IMG/VR virus record: IMGVR_UViG_3300030372_002840
Span: 6,831-70,830 of that record
Reading direction: 5' to 3' (one strand)
Source of the DNA: a virus
Lineage: Duplodnaviria > Caudoviricetes
DNA: 64,000 bases
The position numbers and the translations under genes were made by a program. Shown piece after piece: positions 58,014-64,000 of this stretch. Positions within the stretch are counted from its first letter, which is position 1; every line of letters starts with the position of its first letter. The notes under the pieces were generated by a model, which had not been told where the DNA came from, searched no databases, and saw nothing but the letters and a program-made list of their open reading frames with translations.

Positions 58014-58968
58014 ATATAAATGTTTTTACTTTTTCAAACCCATGAACGACAATGGCGTCAGATATGTCCTTTGCACCCCAATCACTTGGGATATATAGAT
58101 TATCTAATTGATATTCACGACATATCTTTTTAGCCATTGCCTGTCCGGGGGTATCATTATCGTAAAAGATAATTACTTTTTTAAATCTGTTTAACAACAA
58201 CTGCATTTGCACTCTGCTGGGTACTTGCATTTCGGACTGCAACGCAACTCCGCACAATTGCATGGCGAACAGGCACATAACATCCTTAAGGGAAGATGTA
58301 ATATAAAGGAGCTCACCCTTATCAGGAAGTTGATTGTAGCCCTGTATGATTTTTTTATTAGTGTTGCTAAACCACTTAAGATCTGTTTCATAAGGCGCAT
58401 AAAGTTTAAATTTGTTACCGAACCTAAAGGCATAAGTTATTGTTTTACAAGAGAATCTGCTCTCGTTAATCCAATAGTAGTCTATGGGCTCAACTGCAAA
58501 GGTAGTTAAAATTTCCTTAGTTAATCCAAATTTCATCCAAAATATTGCATCTTTAGTATACCACGGCCTCCTTTTCTTTTTGATTACAGTGACTTTTTTG
58601 TCAATCTCTTGTTTACCATACAGTTTAGGAGTCTTGGATTGCACTATTCCATTCGTACTTGCCAGTTTAAGATTAAAATCAGTGCTAATTCTAATTAAAG
58701 CTTCAGTAAATGTAACACCATACTTAAATTGAACATAACCAAAACAATTAAATGTGTGGTCTGGGTATCCAAAATCTTTGTATAGTAAATTACCATTATA
58801 GTTAACAATAGAAGCTGAAGGTCTTTTATCTTCTCTCAGCTCACTGCAAAACTTTTTATTAAGCTCTATAAATCTAGGACAATAAAATTTAAATATATCA
58901 AACTCTGTTATTTTTTCTAATATTACATCTGTATGTAATATATCATTACTTGGTCTTGATGTTATCAT
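57955..58968 (-). CDS. dnaG: DNA primase (DnaG-like, crAss type)
   Basis: CSELREDKRPS...YKDFG...NCF N-terminal domain, Toprim LYITSSLKDVM...FYDNDTPG, KDISD; start reassigned to ATG 58968. Confidence 0.82.
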   Translation of the reverse strand: MITSRPSNDILHTDVILEKITEFDIFKFYCPRFIELNKKFCSELREDKRPSASIVNYNGNLLYKDFGYPDHTFNCFGYVQFKYGVTFTEALIRISTDFNLKLASTNGIVQSKTPKLYGKQEIDKKVTVIKKKRRPWYTKDAIFWMKFGLTKEILTTFAVEPIDYYWINESRFSCKTITYAFRFGNKFKLYAPYETDLKWFSNTNKKIIQGYNQLPDKGELLYITSSLKDVMCLFAMQLCGVALQSEMQVPSRVQMQLLLNRFKKVIIFYDNDTPGQAMAKKICREYQLDNLYIPSDWGAKDISDAIVVHGFEKVKTFIYEKIREIKNQKTEERKDTE

Positions 58969-58984
58969 ATCTATGTGTGTTAAT

Positions 58985-59099
58985 AAGAAAAAGGAGACAC
59001 CTTGGGGCTCTGCTTCCATTATTTCCGCTACCCAGGTCCATAACGTCAGTGTCATGATTAACGTAGACTCCGCATTCTTCAGAGAATCCCCTATTTCTT
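58985..59099 (-). ncRNA. Candidate switchable structured RNA immediately 5' of primase
   Basis: 14-position closing helix with one mismatch; competing GGGG/CCCC + CUCUG/CAGAG helix; hairpin CAUGAC/GUUAUG. Confidence 0.45.
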
Positions 59100-59100
59100 T

Positions 59101-59210
59101 ATAGTAAGTAAAGGATGAGTAAGCACCCTTTACTGTAAACTAAATTTATTAGCTGGTTTATTATGTCCTTGCGGGCCAGCCAATAACTCCTTCTTACTAA
59201 GGCTTACTAT
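59101..59210 (-). ncRNA. Candidate four-way-junction RNA with loop-loop kissing
   Basis: P1 8 bp, P2 4 bp with loop AGUAAG, P3 11 bp, P4 10 bp with loop CUUACU; G.U pairs favour the minus strand. Confidence 0.6.
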
Positions 59211-59217
59211 TATCCCG

Positions 59218-59991
59218 CTAGTTTGAAAATGGTAATTCTTCAGTATTATTACTATCTACTCCCCACTCTTCATTCTCGTCAGAATCTGGAGTAACTACTG
59301 CTAATACTGGTTTGAATTCACCCCACTGAAGATCTGTATTGAACTCAGCGTTAAATGCACCATACTCGTCATTTAATGCTTTTACAAATAAATCATCTCT
59401 TTGTGGCTTAACTCTACCAAACACTCTAGTATAGACTTGTTGATATTTACCATCTTTAACACCAATTAATAATCTAACTTTGTTATCTTTCAAAGCAGTA
59501 ACTAATTGTTTTAGCTCTGTGACATCACCTGTTACTATTTTATCAATAGTATCAAAGTATACATTGTCACCAGGAGCAACATTAGCCCATGCCTTAACAA
59601 AGTTAATTAATGTTTCTTCGCCAGTAAATGCTTTTCTAGATGTTTCAGGCTTTTGCCACCAGTCGTAGCTAGGAGTATCTTCACTCCATGTACCTTGACC
59701 TGTAGCATTTAACCATTGAAACTTACCAGTCTTGCTAGTTCTGTGCTTATTCTGCATTAAAATTTCTAATCTAGTTGTTAGATCTTCATTTTTAACCCAA
59801 AATACTAGTTTAAAGTAATCTTCACCATTTAATTCTAAATGATAGTTAGGTTCTTGTTTAACTTTTATATCCATTTTATGCAATTCATCCATTGTAGGAT
59901 TAACTGCCATGATATTAAAATTACTTAAACCAGAATAGCTTTTAATACTATTCATTACCTCTTCGTTTGAATTGTTGCTGTTTATAGCCAT
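59218..59991 (-). CDS. crAss-like putative ssDNA-binding protein
   Basis: YSGLSNFNIMAVNPT, KTGKFQW, acidic C-terminal tail ending EELPFSN; position between the AAA ATPase block and primase. Confidence 0.6.
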   Translation of the reverse strand: MAINSNNSNEEVMNSIKSYSGLSNFNIMAVNPTMDELHKMDIKVKQEPNYHLELNGEDYFKLVFWVKNEDLTTRLEILMQNKHRTSKTGKFQWLNATGQGTWSEDTPSYDWWQKPETSRKAFTGEETLINFVKAWANVAPGDNVYFDTIDKIVTGDVTELKQLVTALKDNKVRLLIGVKDGKYQQVYTRVFGRVKPQRDDLFVKALNDEYGAFNAEFNTDLQWGEFKPVLAVVTPDSDENEEWGVDSNNTEELPFSN

Positions 59992-60011
59992 TTTATATAA
60001 ATTTTTTAATA

Positions 60012-60443
60012 TTAATAATCTTGTTCATTGTACGTATCTGCTCTATCTTCTAAATCAATAGTTTCTCTAATTACGGACTCGTGCTCTATTTCAGAGACCT
60101 GCTCAGATGTTCCAAACTCTTGAATCTGATCTTGAGCATCCATCATTTGTCTGCCTTTCATCTCTTCATCAATAGCTTCTATTAAATCTACCTGTCCAGG
60201 TAATACATCTGGATTAGTATCATCTATAAAGTTAAAAGATAACTTCTTAACTCGTTTAGCTTTTTTACCTTTTAATGATGGGTGATCAAACATTTGTTTA
60301 ACTTCCCATGCTTGTAAATCATACTTAACTTTGATACCAGTTCTATCTATACCGTTTTCTAGATCTTCTAAGACCATTGATACAGTAATAGTAGCAGGAG
60401 TTGTACCTTTCTCCTGTTGCGGATTGTTTCTCATTTCAACCAT
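60012..60443 (-). CDS. Conserved hypothetical protein
   Basis: ITVSMVLEDLENG...MFDHPSLKGKK followed by an acidic tail. Confidence 0.5.
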   Translation of the reverse strand: MVEMRNNPQQEKGTTPATITVSMVLEDLENGIDRTGIKVKYDLQAWEVKQMFDHPSLKGKKAKRVKKLSFNFIDDTNPDVLPGQVDLIEAIDEEMKGRQMMDAQDQIQEFGTSEQVSEIEHESVIRETIDLEDRADTYNEQDY

Positions 60444-60461
60444 TTCTAATAATTTTAAGTG

Positions 60462-61160
60462 TTAATCAATAAATATTTGTTTCCAATCAAGAGTCATATC
60501 TTGTCCCTTGAGGTGATCACAACGTGACCCTGCGACTATATCTCCTTGAGAATTAAATGAAATTTTAGTTTCATCATTATCTCTGTAGATATAACCAATA
60601 GCGTCAGCATTAGCACATGTTATCTGCTTAATCTTACCTGTTAAATCAAGATCTTTAGAAGAGACTTCTTTCCCTTTCTTATCAATCATCTTGTCTTTTA
60701 GGTGACCAACCAATATAACATGGTCTGCCAACATGTTTAACCTGTCCATCCATTTCTTAAATGCCATTCTAAGATATAAATAGCCAGCACCGTTAGGCAA
60801 TGATAGCACTGAGGTACCTTTGTTATCTTTATCAAAGTTTTTACCCATAGGTGTATTTTGATAAATCTTTTTACCTTCATGCTCGCACCACTCTTCAAGC
60901 TTTGTGACTGTATCTACAGCTACATACTTATACGGTTTCTTGTTTTGCATAATTGCTTTACCGACCTCTGCTAGTTGTCCTAGATTAGTAGCTTTTACTT
61001 TTAAAGCTTCAACCATATCAGAACCTTCTTCAAGATCTATAATTAAACAGCCTTCTAATTTACTTAGTGCTGTTGTTTTGCCTATCTTAGGCGGGCCATA
61101 AATGACCATGTTTTTGGGAGACTTACGTAAAGCCTTCACTTTAGTTTTTGGTAATTCCAT
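60462..61160 (-). CDS. AAA_24/Sak4-like ATPase
   Basis: IYGPPKIGKTT Walker A, IIDLEEG, VAVDTVT, ILVGH, ADAIGY. Confidence 0.82.
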   Translation of the reverse strand: MELPKTKVKALRKSPKNMVIYGPPKIGKTTALSKLEGCLIIDLEEGSDMVEALKVKATNLGQLAEVGKAIMQNKKPYKYVAVDTVTKLEEWCEHEGKKIYQNTPMGKNFDKDNKGTSVLSLPNGAGYLYLRMAFKKWMDRLNMLADHVILVGHLKDKMIDKKGKEVSSKDLDLTGKIKQITCANADAIGYIYRDNDETKISFNSQGDIVAGSRCDHLKGQDMTLDWKQIFID

Positions 61161-61161
61161 G

Positions 61162-62016
61162 TTAAAATATATATCTAATTGTGTTCCAAGGTATCACTTC
61201 ACTGTGAACAGCTCGGAACCGGTTAATTAATTCTCCTTTTATACGAGATTTGTACCTAATATTTTTACCTCCATATTGAGATATCTTAGGTTCTTGCCAT
61301 TGTGATGTCCATAAATCATCTTCTGCTTTAGGGTTATCTGTTAAGTTATATATATGTCTATTTTCATTATGTGTTAAAAATATACACTCAGCCAGTACTT
61401 GGTCTTTATAACTAACATAATCGTTAACCATTTCAAACAGTTCTCTATAATCTTTAAGCCATCCATTATATATAATAATAGGGCTGTAGTTTATATGTAC
61501 ATCATAACCTGCATCAATAAAAGCATCAATAGCTTTAATACGATCTATAATTTTAGATGTATTAGGCTCATGTATGTCAGCTTTATGCTGAGGCATAAGA
61601 CTAAATCTAATTCTAATTTTACCTTGAGGATCAAATGCTGTAAGGTCAGGGTTTACATATTTAGTTGCAAAACTACCCATAGCTGTCTCATGGTCTCTAA
61701 AGAATTTAAATATCTGTTGCCACTCGTGATACTTAGCATGAAGAGCAAAGTCTTCGTTGCAACTAATATCATAAGTTATATAACTTTTATGTGTTTGATT
61801 AGGTTTTTTAACTTCAGTAAACCAAGCATGATTGTTTATAGATGTTAATATATCTGCTGTATTTTTAGCTACTGATAAACCTACAGGTTTATTACGCTTC
61901 ATATAGCAATAAGAACAATTATATAAACAACCATGCCCAAAACTTGGGGATATATAATCTGTTGATCTACCTGATTCTCGTATTTTAAAAGATTTTCTAT
62001 TTACTTTTTGTATCAT
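61162..62016 (-). CDS. splB: Spore photoproduct lyase (radical SAM)
   Basis: GCLYNCSYCY (C30-C34-C37), SCNED (C86, equivalent of the H-donor Cys), FATK, RIRFSL, EPNTS...DRI...AGY...SPII, YGG..IRY. Confidence 0.85.
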   Translation of the reverse strand: MIQKVNRKSFKIRESGRSTDYISPSFGHGCLYNCSYCYMKRNKPVGLSVAKNTADILTSINNHAWFTEVKKPNQTHKSYITYDISCNEDFALHAKYHEWQQIFKFFRDHETAMGSFATKYVNPDLTAFDPQGKIRIRFSLMPQHKADIHEPNTSKIIDRIKAIDAFIDAGYDVHINYSPIIIYNGWLKDYRELFEMVNDYVSYKDQVLAECIFLTHNENRHIYNLTDNPKAEDDLWTSQWQEPKISQYGGKNIRYKSRIKGELINRFRAVHSEVIPWNTIRYIF

Positions 62017-62951
62017 CTTTCTTGTATTGTAAAGGTTGACATCTCTGCTTCATAAGGTATCATACCTAATAAACCATCACGATTTTTTTCTACATGACAT
62101 GCTAGTAATCCTACAGGATCCTCATCGCAATATGTCTTAGTAATTCCATATATATCGTAAGGTCTATTTAGTATCATAACTACATGTGCATCTTGGCCAA
62201 TGCTGTCACCGCCAAACAAATCTGTCAAGAGTGGCTGATATTGATTTTTAGCTCTGTGCTCTTGTTCAATGTTTCTGTTTAACTGAGATAGTAATATATT
62301 AATGACATCCATTCTAGCTTGCATCCACATACAACCTTTAGAAATTTCATTTAATTTCTGTAGTTCTGTGTGCTCACTAGATCCTCTAATTAATCTAGAG
62401 TGGTCAAATATATTTACAACTGTAGCTTTAGGCCTATTTAAAAATACATTCTCATTTGTTTGTTTAATGTACTCCATTGTTCTAGGAATACTATTAAAAT
62501 ATATAGGATATTTTCTAAACTTATCAACACGTTTGGCATAACTTTTGAAGTCTTCTTCGTTAAGCCTTGCCTCAACTGATAGTAATTCTAATATCTCTTT
62601 CTTAACTTCTTTTGATGCACTACGCATAATCTGCTGATAACCAGGCATCTCGAAACTCCAATACAATGTTATTATTTCTTTGCCTTGATTTTGATCTAGC
62701 ACATCAAATACTAGCTGATTACTAAATGCAGATTTACCAACACCTGGTCTACCAGCTATTACATACATCTTACCTCTTTGTAATCCACCCAATAAATTTT
62801 TATTAAGTCTTGGCCATTTTGTAGGATACACATCTCTGTTCCCGTGCATAGCCGACTTTACAATAGATATAGATTTATCTACTGCACTGTTGATAGGTTG
62901 AAAACCTCTCTCTCTTAAGAAATCAAAGTTTCCTTGTGATACGTCTGTCAT
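62013..62951 (-). CDS. dnaB: Replicative DnaB-like helicase
   Basis: IAGRPGVGKS, SFEM, IFDH, LSQLNRNIE, DSIGQDAHVV, HVEKNRDG; start at ATG 62951 preferred over 62981. Confidence 0.9.
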   Translation of the reverse strand: MTDVSQGNFDFLRERGFQPINSAVDKSISIVKSAMHGNRDVYPTKWPRLNKNLLGGLQRGKMYVIAGRPGVGKSAFSNQLVFDVLDQNQGKEIITLYWSFEMPGYQQIMRSASKEVKKEILELLSVEARLNEEDFKSYAKRVDKFRKYPIYFNSIPRTMEYIKQTNENVFLNRPKATVVNIFDHSRLIRGSSEHTELQKLNEISKGCMWMQARMDVINILLSQLNRNIEQEHRAKNQYQPLLTDLFGGDSIGQDAHVVMILNRPYDIYGITKTYCDEDPVGLLACHVEKNRDGLLGMIPYEAEMSTFTIQER

Positions 62952-63468
62952 CTTTAGTGTCATTAATGTTAATATCTTCATACTTTTCCCAAGTACAATT
63001 GTTTATCCATGTTTCAAAGTTCTGCATATAACCTAAATTATGTTGCTCACTTTCTAATTGTGTTTTTAAACACCGCATAATAAACTTATGCATGTGTGGC
63101 TTACCAGAAACAATCTTTTTGTATTTGTTTCTTGCTTTCTTATTGCTTGCAGCTTTAGGATTCTGAGCTCTTAGCACTCTAACACCTCTAGCAGACTCTA
63201 CCTTAAATGGGTATGCATCTACAAGCTCAGTAAACATAGAATCAAAATCAGTTACAAATAAGTCCCTAAACTTTTGTTGTACAACATGTTTAGTCTCGTC
63301 ATTTTTATCTAGTACAACCCACCCATCTACTTCTAATCTAGGTGATACACGTAAAGAGATCTTCTCTAAATAAGAAAATCCCTTTCTATGTAATATGTAC
63401 AGATAAACAAAATCATCAGGAGTTAAATGCGCATCTTCTAATAAAGCCAAATCGATTTGTATTGTCAT
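62923..63468 (-). CDS. Hypothetical replication-associated protein (helicase loader/organiser-like)
   Basis: 181 aa overlapping the dnaB start; FTELVDAYPFKV...YMQNFETWINNCTWEKY resembles the C-termini of phage replisome organisers. Confidence 0.45.
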   Translation of the reverse strand: MTIQIDLALLEDAHLTPDDFVYLYILHRKGFSYLEKISLRVSPRLEVDGWVVLDKNDETKHVVQQKFRDLFVTDFDSMFTELVDAYPFKVESARGVRVLRAQNPKAASNKKARNKYKKIVSGKPHMHKFIMRCLKTQLESEQHNLGYMQNFETWINNCTWEKYEDININDTKDDRRITRKL

Positions 63469-63998
63469 TTTATGTCTGTTAAGTTATCAATCCAGTTCAC
63501 GTTAGTTAAACCTTTAACTGACGACTTTAACCACTTTTCTTCTTGAGTATCTTTTATATATAAGACAACTATAGTTCCAGTTTTATCTTCTTGGAACCTT
63601 AGCAACCTACCGACTCGTTGAATCATAGTCAAAGATTTGCTTGTTAATCCACATATAATACCCATATCTGCATCAGGCACATCAAAACCTTGATTTAATG
63701 CTTTTGTAGAACATAATACTTTTACTTTATTAGTTCTAAAAGACAATAATGCAAGATCTTTCTGTTTTTTAGTTCTCTTGGAGTGATAAGCCATAGCTAA
63801 GTCACCTAATGAATCTGATATTTTATCAGTAAATTCGTTAGCGCCTGCAAAGGTAAGAATTTTACTAGTTAATTTAGAAAAAACTATCTTTTTAATAGTA
63901 TCTATTTTATTAATAGCAAAATCAACAACAGCTTTACGTTGTCTTATAGCTTTATAAAACAATACAGCCCATTGCTTTTCATGCCCACCAACATTACT
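63465..63998 (-). CDS. Superfamily II helicase, C-terminal part (5'-truncated by window)
   Basis: KILTFA, YHSK, VLCSTKALNQGFDVPDAD, MIQRVGRLLR (motifs IV-VI); frame open to the window edge. Confidence 0.85.
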   Translation of the reverse strand, partial: SNVGGHEKQWAVLFYKAIRQRKAVVDFAINKIDTIKKIVFSKLTSKILTFAGANEFTDKISDSLGDLAMAYHSKRTKKQKDLALLSFRTNKVKVLCSTKALNQGFDVPDADMGIICGLTSKSLTMIQRVGRLLRFQEDKTGTIVVLYIKDTQEEKWLKSSVKGLTNVNWIDNLTDIK

Positions 63999-64000
63999 GC

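Larger units (their letters stand above)
1..64000. mobile_element. Segment of a crAss-like (Crassvirales-related) bacteriophage genome infecting Bacteroidota
   Basis: Gene order ring protein - IHF-like - tail tubular - muzzle/stabilization - large cargo proteins with a DFDID virion RNAP, convergent with a crAss-type primase/SSB/AAA/DnaB block; no host housekeeping genes; gaps mostly under 40 nt. Confidence 0.9.

Noticed and set aside
58969-59055. 29-aa N-terminal extension of primase in the ORF track (MTLTLWTW...)
   Set aside because: It lies within the structured element; the internal ATG 58968 has an A-rich leader and starts the recognisable primase.
58996-59082. Hammerhead ribozyme (CUGAAGA, GAAA and GUC all present on the minus strand)
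   Set aside because: Stem II lacks the closing pair next to GAAA (A opposite G), stem III extends only about 3 bp, and the stem I junction is U-U; the topology does not close.
59146-59186. Twister-sister-like GCUGG...GCAAG...CCAGC
   Set aside because: Only local resemblance; the other conserved twister-sister segments and their order are missing.
861-61848. Numerous 60-150 aa antisense or overlapping ORFs in the track (e.g. 22 on the minus strand within the late block, 58207-58509, 61399-61848)
   Set aside because: They are shadows of long, well-supported CDS, with S/F/I/L-biased composition and no motifs.
1-64000. Alternative genetic code (TAG or TGA recoding, common in gut crAss-like phages)
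   Set aside because: Multi-kb ORFs (4686, 2220, 1672 aa) are intact in the standard code. TGA ends several coupled genes (54400, 57561, 62013, 62923, 63465) and TAG ends 14242 and 59218 at natural gene boundaries.
1-64000. tRNA genes, CRISPR arrays, DGR repeats, introns and inteins
   Set aside because: Only two gaps exceed 100 nt and neither has a cloverleaf/T-loop or repeat-spacer pattern. No reverse transcriptase is present, and DnaB, primase and RNAP motifs are uninterrupted.

Overview
AT-rich (roughly 30% GC by eye), very densely coding 64-kb segment of a crAss-like (Crassvirales-type, phi14:2/crAssphage-like) podophage. The host is Bacteroidota, probably marine Flavobacteriia; this is inferred from SD-less A-rich leaders, SprB-like repeats, a type IX secretion signal and Gln-after-signal-peptide proteins. 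The + strand (1-51219) is one uninterrupted late block. It holds fibre/adhesin and small structural genes, a host-envelope module, a DUF5675 lysin candidate and holin, a phosphoesterase, crAss-type ring, IHF-like, tail-tube and muzzle genes, and four large ejected cargo proteins including a 4686-aa virion RNA polymerase (DFDID). The - strand (51226-64000) is a convergent replication/repair block: SF2 helicase (truncated), DnaB, spore photoproduct lyase, AAA ATPase, SSB-like protein, primase, endonuclease, rIIA/rIIB, 5'-3' exonuclease and DUF1599. Standard genetic code; I saw no tRNA, CRISPR array, intron or intein. Strongest leads: (1) a phage-encoded Bacteroidota cell-surface module (beta-barrel + lipoprotein + T9SS cargo with an LDL-receptor-A domain and an O-glycosylation-sequon stalk); (2) the only two sizeable intergenic gaps hold three structured RNA candidates, one a 4-way junction with complementary kissing loops; (3) a repeated R-x-GG...Y-x-x-GG motif that divides a 1577-aa cargo protein into modules; (4) a spore photoproduct lyase inside the replication operon; (5) a YpsA/SLOG domain fused to the virion RNAP. 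Family assignments come from motifs recognised by eye; no database search was run.
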